A stretch of 64,000 nucleotides of DNA. Source: Candidatus Cloacimonadales bacterium. GTDB taxonomy: Bacteria > Cloacimonadota > Cloacimonadia > Cloacimonadales > JAIOQZ01. The stretch covers positions 3,456,001 through 3,520,000 of the forward strand of contig OY771587.1 in NCBI GenBank assembly GCA_963674825.1, in the 5' to 3' direction. This document shows, piece by piece, positions 38,589-48,197 of the stretch. Within the stretch, counting starts at the first letter, position 1. Each line of letters starts with the position of its first letter. The notes under the pieces are model-generated. The model ran no database searches and had not been told where the DNA came from. It saw nothing but the letters and a program-made list of their open reading frames with translations. The position numbers and the translations under genes are program-made.

Positions 38589-39467
38589 ATGAAAAGCATG
38601 ACCGGATACGGTAAAGGAACATACAGTGACGATAACTACGAGATCGAGATTGAGATCAAATCGGTAAACCATCGGTTTCTCGACCTCCGCATCAATCTTA
38701 CGCGAGAACTCAATCCTTACGAAATGCCTTTGCGCGAATACGTTATGAAGAAAATGCGTCGGGGAAAGGTCGATATCCGAATCAATTTCAGAGACAAGCG
38801 TCTCCCCGATCTCTCGATTGATCAGCCCAAGCTTCTCGCGCTCTGGAATCTCTACAACGAAGCCAAGGGTATCCTCAAGACCGATCAAGAAATACCGCTC
38901 ACCAAGATTATGGAAATCGATGGCGTAGTTATGGAGACTCCGCCAGAGACCAACCGTGAAGACTTCATCCAGATGCTGCTCAAACCGCTCAATGACGCGC
39001 TCGACGAGCATATGGCCATGGCGCTACGGGAAGGCGAATCGATGCAGGACTTCCTGGTATCGTCCATGATGCGCATCTCGGCTGCGCTAACCGTTGTGGA
39101 GAACGAGTTTCCAGAGTTCCGCAATGAGACTTTCATGAAATACAAGACGCAACTCGCTGATATACTTGGCAATACGCTCACTGAAGATGATGAAAGACGT
39201 ATCCTTACCGAAACGGCGATTTTCATCGAGAAATCGGATATAAATGAAGAGATCGTACGACTCAAGGATCATCTCGAGAAGTTCCGGGACAAGCTGTTCG
39301 TGGAAAACGCTGAACTGGGTAAATCTCTGAATTTCATCCTCCAGGAGATGCATCGCGAAGCGAATACAATGAGCGTCAAGTTCAATAATTCCAAAGTTTT
39401 CCCTCAATTTCTGACGATTAAAGAAGAGATAGAGAAATGCAGGGAGATGGTGCAGAATGTCGAATAA
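38589..39467 (+). CDS. yicC: YicC/YloC family endoribonuclease
   Basis: MKSMTGYG, EIKSVNHRFLD, RGKVD, DINEEIVRL, LNFILQEMHREANT, REMVQNVE; GGAGG RBS. Confidence 0.94.
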   Translation: MKSMTGYGKGTYSDDNYEIEIEIKSVNHRFLDLRINLTRELNPYEMPLREYVMKKMRRGKVDIRINFRDKRLPDLSIDQPKLLALWNLYNEAKGILKTDQEIPLTKIMEIDGVVMETPPETNREDFIQMLLKPLNDALDEHMAMALREGESMQDFLVSSMMRISAALTVVENEFPEFRNETFMKYKTQLADILGNTLTEDDERRILTETAIFIEKSDINEEIVRLKDHLEKFRDKLFVENAELGKSLNFILQEMHREANTMSVKFNNSKVFPQFLTIKEEIEKCREMVQNVE

Positions 39468-39897
39468 CGAACCGATTCTGGAATGGACCTCTTTCCCACT
39501 GCGTGATTATCCTCGGACAAGCATCCTGCTCGTGGCGTTTCTTGGTTTTCTCGCTGTAATGTTGTGGCAGATCGCGGTCGTAGAATGGAAGATGCCGCTT
39601 TTTTATTTCCTGGGCATGTTTTTCGTTCTTGGCAGTCTTGTACCATATTATATCCCAACGCGTTACATGCTTCGCGAGGATCGCATCGACATTGCTTATC
39701 TAACGGTGAAGATCAGCCGCAAGTATAGCGATTTCAGATGCTTCTACGCGGATAAAAGAGGGATCATGCTGGGGACATTTCCACAGCCAAACCGTCTCGA
39801 CCGTTTCCGTGGGCAGTCACTCAGGTTTTCAAAGAAGCAGGTCGAACGTGAGAAGCTGGAAGAGATTCTCACAAAGAAAATCGGTGCGAAATTCTAA
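39457..39897 (+). CDS. Membrane protein (two TM plus small soluble domain)
   Basis: Overlaps the yicC stop; two hydrophobic helices; conserved-looking LDRFRG motif. Confidence 0.7.
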   Translation: MSNNEPILEWTSFPLRDYPRTSILLVAFLGFLAVMLWQIAVVEWKMPLFYFLGMFFVLGSLVPYYIPTRYMLREDRIDIAYLTVKISRKYSDFRCFYADKRGIMLGTFPQPNRLDRFRGQSLRFSKKQVEREKLEEILTKKIGAKF

Positions 39898-39927
39898 TCA
39901 ACCTCTTCCCCATTGGAGTCTTAAACT

Positions 39928-42054
39928 ATGTACAGCAAAGAAATTGCGGATAGAATCTATAAATTACTTACAAACAATCCGGATAAGTTATATCGTCTGA
40001 AAGATATATCGGTAGAAATTCATGCAAAGAAACATGAATATCGAATGGTAAAAGACACCCTTTCCGGCATGGCAAATGATGGGCGAATACTCCGCGAAAA
40101 CCGCATGTTTTCCGTGAAGAAGGAGCCCCGAAAACCTGGCAATAGAAAGGGTTCCACGCAGCAGAAATCTGATGGAAAAATGATGGAAGGCTGGTTTGAC
40201 GCTGGCAGTCTAGCACGTGATCATTCCTTTGCATTCGTCATCACAGACAACGGAGACGTCTTCATCGATGTGGAAGACACCATGAATGCCTTCCACAAGG
40301 ACAAGGTACTCGTGGAAACCCGTTATCGCCGTGGTAAGCGATTGTACGGCACCGTTGTGAAGATTATCGAACGAGCGAGAACGCAGATTGTGGGCGATAT
40401 TCAGCGAACAGGTAACGGCTGGGTACTTCAACCGGACGATCCGAAGATTCACCGCACGTTCCGCATACAAGATCCGAAGGACTTAGAGGAAGGCAAGAAG
40501 GCGGTTCTGGATGTTACCGACTGGGGTGACCGGGTGAAATCGCGCCAACCGGCTGGAAAGATCAAAGAGATTCTGGGCGATTCGGGTAACCCTGAAACCG
40601 AAATCCTGGCCGTAATCCGGCGCTATGGATTGCCGATGTCGTTCCCGGACGATGTACTCCAACAGGCGGAAGAACTTGTGGAAGATTTCCGCGATGTCGC
40701 GCATCGTCAGGACTACCGCGAGCTTAATACTATTACCATCGATCCGGCTTCGGCCAAAGACTACGACGACGCCATATCGCTGGAGAAGTTACCCAACGGC
40801 TGGCGGCTCTACGTTCACATCGCCGACGTGGCGCATTACGTGCCCATTGGATCGCCAGTATACAATGAAGCGACGCGTCGCGGCAACAGCTTCTATTTCC
40901 CACGAAGGGTAATTCCCATGCTGCCGGAGAAGCTCTCCAATCGTGTATGCAGCCTGCGTCCGCAGGAAGACAAGATGACGGTCACCGTCGTCACCGATTT
41001 CGATGTGGATGCACGAATTCTCAAGCAACAGGTGTACGAATCGGTGATCTGCTCCGATGCAAGGCTTACCTACGAGGAAGTGGACGACCTATTCGATGGC
41101 AAGACAATCGATCTCTCGGACGAACTGAGCGAGATGATCCTTGATATGCGCACGCTCTCGCGCATACTATCGAAGAATCGCGATGAGAAGGGCTGCCTCT
41201 ACTTCGACCTGCCGGAAGTGGAATTCGTGTACGATGCGGAAGGCTACCTGGCCAAGCTTGAGCGATCCTCCGAGACCGAGTCACACAAGGTGATCGAGAA
41301 TTTCATGCTGATAGCCAACGAATATGTTGCCGAAAAGCTGACCAAGGCAGCACGCACAACTATGTACCGCATCCACGAGGATCCAGAAGAGGATTCGGTA
41401 CGCAAGGTACTGTCGCTGATCAAAGTCTATGGCTTTAAGGCGAAATTCCACAAGAATCTCAACCGCACGCTCCAAGGCGTACTGACCGGTATCGAAGATA
41501 AGGATTTTCATCGGGTGTTCGACCGCATGATTCTGCGTAGCCTCAAGAAGGCGAAATATACGATCGATCACAAGGGGCATTTTGGCCTGGCGATCAGAAC
41601 GTACACCCACTTCACCTCCCCCATTCGCAGAATTTGCGATACCATCGTGCATCATCAGCTCAAGATGCATGTGTTCCAGACCGAAGGCGGCAAGTATAAG
41701 CAGAAAGAGCTCGAGCAGCTCTCGGCTGTCGCGTCGGAGCAAGAAATCCTGGCGGATGAAGCGGAACGCGAGGTGAATCGCGTTAGTAAGCTTCAGTTCA
41801 TGAAGAAGCACGTCGGCGATGAATACATGGGTATTATCATCGCGATCAACCGCAACAACATCATCGTTGAGCTGGACGACATGCCGGTTATCGGTGTGAT
41901 TCCCGTGACCTCGATTCAGGGCAATTTCGAGCTGTACGAGGAGTACATGCGAATGGTGGATGCAGGTACCGGTAAGAGCCTGAAACTGATGGACCGGAAA
42001 AAAGTCAGGCTGGAACGCGTAACGGACGACATATATTTCACGCTGATGGAATAA
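39928..42054 (+). CDS. rnr: Ribonuclease R (RNB family)
   Basis: TIDPASAKDYDDAIS catalytic motif, VHIADV, IPMLP, IENFMLIAN, HFGLA..YTHFTSPIRR, S1 domain. Confidence 0.93.
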   Translation: MYSKEIADRIYKLLTNNPDKLYRLKDISVEIHAKKHEYRMVKDTLSGMANDGRILRENRMFSVKKEPRKPGNRKGSTQQKSDGKMMEGWFDAGSLARDHSFAFVITDNGDVFIDVEDTMNAFHKDKVLVETRYRRGKRLYGTVVKIIERARTQIVGDIQRTGNGWVLQPDDPKIHRTFRIQDPKDLEEGKKAVLDVTDWGDRVKSRQPAGKIKEILGDSGNPETEILAVIRRYGLPMSFPDDVLQQAEELVEDFRDVAHRQDYRELNTITIDPASAKDYDDAISLEKLPNGWRLYVHIADVAHYVPIGSPVYNEATRRGNSFYFPRRVIPMLPEKLSNRVCSLRPQEDKMTVTVVTDFDVDARILKQQVYESVICSDARLTYEEVDDLFDGKTIDLSDELSEMILDMRTLSRILSKNRDEKGCLYFDLPEVEFVYDAEGYLAKLERSSETESHKVIENFMLIANEYVAEKLTKAARTTMYRIHEDPEEDSVRKVLSLIKVYGFKAKFHKNLNRTLQGVLTGIEDKDFHRVFDRMILRSLKKAKYTIDHKGHFGLAIRTYTHFTSPIRRICDTIVHHQLKMHVFQTEGGKYKQKELEQLSAVASEQEILADEAEREVNRVSKLQFMKKHVGDEYMGIIIAINRNNIIVELDDMPVIGVIPVTSIQGNFELYEEYMRMVDAGTGKSLKLMDRKKVRLERVTDDIYFTLME

Positions 42055-42186
42055 ATGTTGCATGCATTTTCCGTGAATAATTGCTTGACAATTATTGAAA
42101 CGGTGATCTACATCTGAGTATGTGAGTATAGGGTTTAGGCCCGATCGATACAGATCAACCAGAAGAAACGAAGCGTAGGAGAGTTG

Positions 42187-44034
42187 ATGATGACCAGGCG
42201 AAATGGACTTGCAAGTTTCTTGTCCCTATTATTTTTAGCATTTGCGCTAAACGTTGCCGCTGATGTAACTGCGGCATTTACAACCGATTATGATCCGGAT
42301 GATCCCGCTGGCCGTGTGCCATTGACAGTAAATTTCGCGGATCTGTCCGAAACGGACGATGACACTGATCCGATCGTCTCCTGGTTCTGGGAATTCGGCG
42401 ATGGTTCCACCTCGACCGACCAGAACCCCGTTCACACCTATGTCGATCTTGGTTACTACGATGTGAGCCTCGAGGTGACAGCGCAATCCGGTGACGACGA
42501 TACGCAGAACGAAAATGACTATGTTGCTGTTTACGGCATCGACATGGCGTTTGTGCTCGATCAGTCCGGTAGCATGTCCGGCGATAAGCTGAGTACACTC
42601 AAAGATGCGACACAAGCCTTCAATAACCTGCTTGATACGCATAACACACTGGGCGACGAAGCGGCAGTCGTCTCCTACGAATCACGCGCTCATGTAAAAT
42701 ATGCGATTCACATCATGCAGAGTGGTTCGAATGTATCAGCCATGCAGAACACAATCGACAATCTTCAGGCAACCGGCGTGACCGCGCTTTACAAGGGGTG
42801 TCAATACGGCGCTGCCCAGCTTGCTAATGCCGATCAGAATAATCCTGAGGTTTTCAGCCTCGATAAGCCTGCAGGTATGCTCCTTATGTCCGATGGATTG
42901 AATAATGCCAGTGGTTTAGGTGATTTTGATAATTTCTACACGTTCATCGCAGTACACGCACTTGGATTTGGCGCAGATTGTAATCCTACTCCCATGATAC
43001 AGCTTGCAAATATGAGTGGCGGTAGCTATCACTTCGCATCGACAAGCAATCTGAATACAATCATGAGCGATATCTATCAGGCAATCAAAGGCGTACAGCG
43101 CTCGGATGATTACCGTGGCCTGATCGTGCTGATGCATGAAGATTTCTCGCGTGAATTCTATGTCGATCCGCTGAGCCGTAACCTGATCGTTAATACCGAC
43201 TGGTTTGGCGAAACGACAGACATGACCATGACGCTTACCTCGCCTTCCGGGAAGATCTTTGACTACGATCCGCTTCAGAACGAGTACAAGTCTGTTCAGA
43301 CTGAGACACAGTGCGCATTCAAGATTCTCAACCCTGAACCCGGTACCTGGAAAGCCGATATCAGCGCATTCAAGCCTTCGCACGATTCAGTAGAATATTG
43401 CTTCTGGACACTCTCTGCAAGCTCTCTGGCGCTGGATCTCGACTTCGTGAATACAATCCTTCAGCCGGGTGAGCCGATTAAAATCCGCGCATCGCTGACC
43501 AATGGCGGTGCTGTTCCCGCAGCAACCATGGAATATATCGTCGAGGATCCGAATGGCCGGATCGTCACCATCGACGAAAGCAGTTCCGCTGCATTCGGAA
43601 TGGCCGAATACACCGAGACGATGACTCCCGGTAACTACATCATCACCGCGATCGCGACCGGCACCGACGACTTCCCATTCAAGCGTATCATCCGTGAAGC
43701 CGTGTGGGTTGAAGGTGGCGATACCGTGATGGATACAGAGGTTGCTCCCGAGCCTGTCACCGAATACGCGATCACGAACAACCCGAATCCGTTCAACCCG
43801 GAAACCAGCATCAATTTCTCGCTTCCGCAGGCATCCGACGTGAATATCACGATCTACAACATGCTTGGTCAGAAGGTGAAAACGCTGGTTGACGAGCCGA
43901 TGGACGCAGGTACACACTCTCGCGTCTGGAACGGTAAGGACGACCAGGGACGCAGCGTCGGCAGCGGTATCTACCTGTATCGTATGAAAGCCGACAACTT
44001 CCAGCAGACCAAGCGCATGCTGCTGCTCAAGTAA
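42187..44034 (+). CDS. Exported PKD + von Willebrand A domain protein with FlgD/T9SS-type sorting tail
   Basis: Signal peptide; WFWEFGDG..STDQNPVHTY (PKD); FVLDQSGSM and LMSDG (vWA MIDAS); NNPNPFNPET...SGIYLYRM tail. Confidence 0.9.
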   Translation: MMTRRNGLASFLSLLFLAFALNVAADVTAAFTTDYDPDDPAGRVPLTVNFADLSETDDDTDPIVSWFWEFGDGSTSTDQNPVHTYVDLGYYDVSLEVTAQSGDDDTQNENDYVAVYGIDMAFVLDQSGSMSGDKLSTLKDATQAFNNLLDTHNTLGDEAAVVSYESRAHVKYAIHIMQSGSNVSAMQNTIDNLQATGVTALYKGCQYGAAQLANADQNNPEVFSLDKPAGMLLMSDGLNNASGLGDFDNFYTFIAVHALGFGADCNPTPMIQLANMSGGSYHFASTSNLNTIMSDIYQAIKGVQRSDDYRGLIVLMHEDFSREFYVDPLSRNLIVNTDWFGETTDMTMTLTSPSGKIFDYDPLQNEYKSVQTETQCAFKILNPEPGTWKADISAFKPSHDSVEYCFWTLSASSLALDLDFVNTILQPGEPIKIRASLTNGGAVPAATMEYIVEDPNGRIVTIDESSSAAFGMAEYTETMTPGNYIITAIATGTDDFPFKRIIREAVWVEGGDTVMDTEVAPEPVTEYAITNNPNPFNPETSINFSLPQASDVNITIYNMLGQKVKTLVDEPMDAGTHSRVWNGKDDQGRSVGSGIYLYRMKADNFQQTKRMLLLK

Positions 44035-44056
44035 GAATAACGAACTTCGATACAAC

Positions 44057-44090
44057 AAACGCCGCTCTTTCGAGAGCGGCGTTTTTCTTT
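44057..44090. terminator. Intrinsic terminator (likely bidirectional)
   Basis: AAACGCCGCTCT-TTCG-AGAGCGGCGTTT followed by TTCTTT. Confidence 0.9.
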
Positions 44091-44102
44091 ATCGTTGCGA
44101 TA

Positions 44103-44726
44103 CTATTTCGCGGTTGGATTGATCGTATAGAAGCCCGAGAATGAATCCCGATCAAGGATGTGCCCGTCCATTGCCTTCAGTAGATCCGCGCCAGTGTAGC
44201 GCTCCGGGAGATCGAGCTTCCCGATGTCCAGCGCGTAAATCGTGAATTCGTACTCGTGAATCAGTGAGTCGTTCCACGGCGGACATGGCCCATCGTAGCC
44301 GCCATAAAATCCTTCCATACTCTCATCGCCCTTGAACCATCCCGTGTAGTCGTTGAGTCCGGTATCTCCGTAGGGAGTCGATCCCGTCGGTTTGCCCTTT
44401 ACCGTGACGCCCCGGCAAACCTCGCCTTCCGCGATTTCGGTGATCGTCGTGGGGATATTCGCCAGCACCCAGTGATAGAAATCCGCACGCGGCAGATCCT
44501 CCGGCACCAGACGACTTTCCTGATTCACATCGTCCGGCTTGGTCGGTACGGATTTGTCAACGTACGTGAGCGCGTAGGATTTCGTGGCTTTCGGGGCGTC
44601 CTTCCATGCGATGTGTGGGTTGATATTGTCCGAGAAGGTGACGTGAGTGTTTGCGTCGAATTTACCGAACACGTATTTCAAGGGTATCGATTTCCCGTGC
44701 TCAAGTGTGTTGCTGTACAGCTTCAT
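44103..44726 (-). CDS. YbhB/YbcL family (PEBP / Raf kinase inhibitor-like) protein
   Basis: NPHIAW, FYHWVLANIP, GYDGPCPPWND, HEYEFTIYALD. Confidence 0.92.
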   Translation of the reverse strand: MKLYSNTLEHGKSIPLKYVFGKFDANTHVTFSDNINPHIAWKDAPKATKSYALTYVDKSVPTKPDDVNQESRLVPEDLPRADFYHWVLANIPTTITEIAEGEVCRGVTVKGKPTGSTPYGDTGLNDYTGWFKGDESMEGFYGGYDGPCPPWNDSLIHEYEFTIYALDIGKLDLPERYTGADLLKAMDGHILDRDSFSGFYTINPTAK

Positions 44727-44819
44727 AATTCCTCCAGTTGTTGATCATTCAGCTTGATCCCACATGATCCGGCCACATTTGTCAATTATAAATCGCTCTT
44801 ATATGGCATTCTCCCTCTT

Positions 44820-44842
44820 GGAGCGCGGACGTCCTCGTCCGC
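44820..44842 (+). repeat. REP-like palindrome
   Basis: GGAG tetranucleotide foot followed by the GCGGACG-TCCT-CGTCCGC hairpin; only one copy seen in this window. Confidence 0.4.
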
Positions 44843-44938
44843 ATTACTACTCCCATATAACGTGTCACCCTGTGTAGCGAAGCGTATCGAAGGGCAAATG
44901 ATTATTGCACTCGGTTACAATAATATTGCTTATAGATG

Positions 44939-44989
44939 CGTTCCGTATATGAAACAAAATCCTTGACGAAACGTTGCACATATGAAACG
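44939..44989 (+). promoter_or_regulatory. umuD promoter with two palindromic operator-like sites flanking the -35
   Basis: CGTTCCGTATATGAAACA (44939-44956), TTGACG (44963), CGTTGCACATATGAAACG (44972-44989). Confidence 0.65.
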
Positions 44990-45006
44990 ATAGCCTCGAG
45001 GTGAAC

Positions 45007-45492
45007 ATGATGAAACTACAAATGACTACGATGCAGGAGTTCCCAACGGGCAGGCTGAATACAGATGCAACCATTGCCGGAGTGGGGGCTTGCGTAGCGA
45101 GGATCAGCCTGGAAAGGCCGATGCTCGGGGCATCACTCCCGGCGGGATTCCCCTCCCCTGCCGATGACTACATCGAGACCTCGCTGGACCTGAACGAGCT
45201 GCTTATCGCGCATCCATCCGCGACTTTCTTCGTGCGGGTGGACGGCGATTCGATGATCAACGCGGGAATCAACGACGGCGATATCCTGCTCGTGGATCGG
45301 GCCCTGAGTGCAGATAACAACCGCATCGTCGTTGCTGCGTTGGACGGCTATCTGACGGTCAAGCGGCTGCGTATCGAGAAGGGACGATGGTTTCTGCAGC
45401 CGGAGAATCCATCCTACGATTGCATCGATATCGACGAGGATACCGATTTCTACATATGGGGCGTGGTAAGCTGGGTGCTGCATCAGGCATAG
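45007..45492 (+). CDS. umuD: DNA polymerase V autoproteolytic subunit UmuD
   Basis: PAGFPSPADDY cleavage region, LDLNELLI.HP.ATFF, GDSM (Ser), TVKRL (Lys); no HTH; exact start uncertain. Confidence 0.93.
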   Translation: MMKLQMTTMQEFPTGRLNTDATIAGVGACVARISLERPMLGASLPAGFPSPADDYIETSLDLNELLIAHPSATFFVRVDGDSMINAGINDGDILLVDRALSADNNRIVVAALDGYLTVKRLRIEKGRWFLQPENPSYDCIDIDEDTDFYIWGVVSWVLHQA

Positions 45493-45502
45493 AAGATTTC
45501 TA

Positions 45503-45546
45503 TTGACATCTTCGATTCGCCACGATATAAATGACCCGATAGTCAT
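45503..45546 (+). promoter_or_regulatory. sigma70 promoter and TetR-type operator
   Basis: TTGACA-N17-TATAAA directly followed by ATGAC-N6-GTCAT (45531-45546). Confidence 0.7.
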
Positions 45547-45559
45547 ATAAGGAGATAGT

Positions 45560-46216
45560 ATGCCTCCCGGACGGAAAAAGATGTCCAACTTGGACCGCAT
45601 CGCGAAGATGAACGAGATCATGGACTCGGTCGAGAAGATTTTCGCGGATGCAAACGTCGTCATTCCGGCGATGACCATGGCCGATATCGCCAGGCAGGCA
45701 GGTATCGCCAAGGGAACTGTCTACCTCTACTTCAAGTCGAAAGACGACCTTATCATGCACTGCTATCTGCGTTCGCAACGTAAAAAGCTCGAGGCCATGA
45801 CCCAGGTCTTCGCATTACACGAACAACCAGAGGACAAGCTGAGGGCCTTCTTCTATTTCTATATCGATTTCTTTCGTCGTAATCCCGAATACCTCAAGAT
45901 TCAGCTCTATTTCGAGAACGGCCTTCTTTATCGCGCGGATCTGCCGGAAACAAAAGTGATCGAGTACCGAAGCCTGGCTCAGCAGATGCGACAGTCACTC
46001 GTCGAGGTATTGCAGGACTGCCGGGAAAAAGGGATCCTGCAAGATGGCGTCAATATCGATATCATCCATCACATCCTATCGCGCAGCACACGAGCGATTA
46101 TCGATTTCCTCCTGTTCGGCTACACCACGCACCGGCTCAGCCGCTTGGGGATTTGTACTGCCGAAGCATTTTTCGATCAGTATGTCGAAAGTCTTTTGCA
46201 CGGAATCATCCGATAA
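45560..46216 (+). CDS. TetR/AcrR family transcriptional regulator
   Basis: TMADIARQAGIAKGTVYLYFKSKDDL HTH; AAGGAG RBS. Confidence 0.94.
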   Translation: MPPGRKKMSNLDRIAKMNEIMDSVEKIFADANVVIPAMTMADIARQAGIAKGTVYLYFKSKDDLIMHCYLRSQRKKLEAMTQVFALHEQPEDKLRAFFYFYIDFFRRNPEYLKIQLYFENGLLYRADLPETKVIEYRSLAQQMRQSLVEVLQDCREKGILQDGVNIDIIHHILSRSTRAIIDFLLFGYTTHRLSRLGICTAEAFFDQYVESLLHGIIR

Positions 46217-46267
46217 AAAATTTTGTCAAAATAATGACTCTATGGTCACCAAATAAAGGAGTGTTGT

Positions 46268-47983
46268 ATGAAGCACCTCATTCTCATCTCGATTTTACTT
46301 CTCTCATCCTCCATTTTCGCGTCGGTCATCTATGTTCCGGAAGATTACGGCACGATTCAGGAGGCTATCGATGCTGCGACAGATGCCGATCTTGTTCTTG
46401 TCGCGGACGGAACCTACTACGAGAACATCGATTTCCTGGGCAAGGGCGTGATCGTGTCCAGCTACTACATGCAGGACGGTGATGTCGAACACGTGAACAA
46501 CACCATCATCGACGGCAGCCAATACGAAGATATCGAACGGGCCGCGTGTGCTCATTTCACGTCAGGCGAGACGCGATCTTCGGTTCTCATCGGCTTCACG
46601 CTTACCGGCGGCGTCGGCGCGACCTACGATCTGGCAAACCTCGGGCCTACCTTCGAAGGATTGACGCAGGAAGGCGGAGGTGTATTCATCGATAGCTCGT
46701 CACCGACGATCCGCTACAACATCATCATCGACAACCACGTGCCTCTCCCCAATGGCTACGATTACTATGGTGGTGGCGGTATATCCTCATTCACCGGAAA
46801 TCCGCTCATCGAATGTAACTACGTGATCCACAACAGTGCAGGATATGCCTGTGGTATCGTGCTGAACTGGTCTGGTGGCATCATTCGGAATAATCTGGTG
46901 TACGATAATTTCGGCGGTGAGATCGAAGGTGCCGGCGGAATCATGGTTTGGCGGAGCGGCGATTATCCGCAGTACGTTCTGAACAACACTATAGTCAGCA
47001 ACCACAGTGACGATATCTGTGGCGGCATCCTGTTCTACGATACGGACGCGATCGTGGATAACAACATCGTCTATGGCAACACGCAAGCCTCGGGCTATCA
47101 GGTGATGGGCACCAGCTGGGATAATTTCCAGTATAACCTCGTTGAAGGCATGAATCTGCCCAACAACATCTCGGCCAATCCGCATCTCATCAGCAATTTC
47201 CTTTTAGGTGATGGCTCTCCATGTATCGACGCCGGCAATCCAGATGTGCAATATGATGATACCGAAGATCCTATGAATCACGGCAGCGCACTCTTCCCTT
47301 CTATGGGCAATCTGCGAAACGATATCGGTATGTGGGGCGGTCCGAGCACAGCGCAGCCGCTCAGTTTCAGCTACGAGATTCTCGACCATCCGGATGCGAT
47401 TGTATTCACGCCCGATTGCCATGTTGGCGAGAGTGTTAGTGTGCAAATTCCGATCGAAAACCTGGGCATGCGCAACTGGAATCTCGTCGATATCAACGTC
47501 GATAACAGCGAGATCGCGATCGACGGCAATACCTTTAATAATACGCTCGATCCTTTCGAAAACGGTGTCATCAACCTTACCTGGTTCCCGACCGAACCCG
47601 GCGATATGATCGCCGAGTTGACAATCAGCCATAATTTCCTCACCCTGGGCAATCCGATAATCATCGAACTTACCGGAACTGCCCTGGCACAAGCAGCCGG
47701 GGACAACACCGTTCCGGCCGTTAACAGGCTTTGCCAGAATCACCCCAATCCGTTCAATCCTCAGACGACCATCGCGTTCGATCTTGCAAAGCCGTCGCAT
47801 GTTGCGATCGATATCTTCAACATCCGTGGCAGGCTTGTGGAGACGCTTACATCTCAGCGCTATGCGTCAGGGCATCATGAGGTGGAATGGGATGCCGGAG
47901 AAGCAGCATCGGGTGTCTATTTCTATCGCTGGACCATCGATGGGAAGGCCGGTTCGATGCGCAAATGTGTGCTGCTGAAGTAG
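46268..47983 (+). CDS. Exported right-handed beta-helix (pectin-lyase-like) protein with Ig-like domain and FlgD/T9SS-type tail
   Basis: [32 protein letters not shown]-rich helix repeats, [17 protein letters not shown]...SGVYFY. Confidence 0.85.
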   Translation: MKHLILISILLLSSSIFASVIYVPEDYGTIQEAIDAATDADLVLVADGTYYENIDFLGKGVIVSSYYMQDGDVEHVNNTIIDGSQYEDIERAACAHFTSGETRSSVLIGFTLTGGVGATYDLANLGPTFEGLTQEGGGVFIDSSSPTIRYNIIIDNHVPLPNGYDYYGGGGISSFTGNPLIECNYVIHNSAGYACGIVLNWSGGIIRNNLVYDNFGGEIEGAGGIMVWRSGDYPQYVLNNTIVSNHSDDICGGILFYDTDAIVDNNIVYGNTQASGYQVMGTSWDNFQYNLVEGMNLPNNISANPHLISNFLLGDGSPCIDAGNPDVQYDDTEDPMNHGSALFPSMGNLRNDIGMWGGPSTAQPLSFSYEILDHPDAIVFTPDCHVGESVSVQIPIENLGMRNWNLVDINVDNSEIAIDGNTFNNTLDPFENGVINLTWFPTEPGDMIAELTISHNFLTLGNPIIIELTGTALAQAAGDNTVPAVNRLCQNHPNPFNPQTTIAFDLAKPSHVAIDIFNIRGRLVETLTSQRYASGHHEVEWDAGEAASGVYFYRWTIDGKAGSMRKCVLLK

Positions 47984-48014
47984 CGTTCCATATTTGCAAC
48001 AAAATCCCTTGACC
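47984..48014 (+). promoter_or_regulatory. umuC promoter with the same operator-like palindrome as umuD
   Basis: CGTTCCATATTTGCAACA (47984-48001) then AAATCCC-TTGACC, matching the umuD upstream layout. Confidence 0.65.
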
Positions 48015-48074
48015 TCTTCCCTACCCGTGCAATACTTGCTACGAGGTGAAGATGAAATGTCGGATTTATGCGCT

Positions 48075-48182
48075 GGCTGGCTGGGAAGACCACTTCTTTC
48101 GCTTGCGAAAGAAGAAAGAACATCTTTGGGCTGGCTGGAAAGACCACTTCTTTCGCTTGCGAAAGAAGAAAGAGTATCTTGG
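48075..48182 (+). repeat. Tandem 54-bp direct repeat (2 copies), each with a perfect hairpin
   Basis: Copies at 48075-48128 and 48129-48182; CTTCTTTCGC-TT-GCGAAAGAAG at 48093-48114 and 48147-48168. Confidence 0.92.
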
Positions 48183-48197
48183 GAAGGATCGGGAGAA

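Noticed and set aside
45007..45492. LexA repressor
   Set aside because: S24 peptidase domain only, with the UmuD AGFPSPA signature and no N-terminal HTH
48075..48182. Palindromic repeat pair as a CRISPR mini-array
   Set aside because: Only two units, the sequence between the hairpins is itself repeated (no unique spacer), and there are no cas genes
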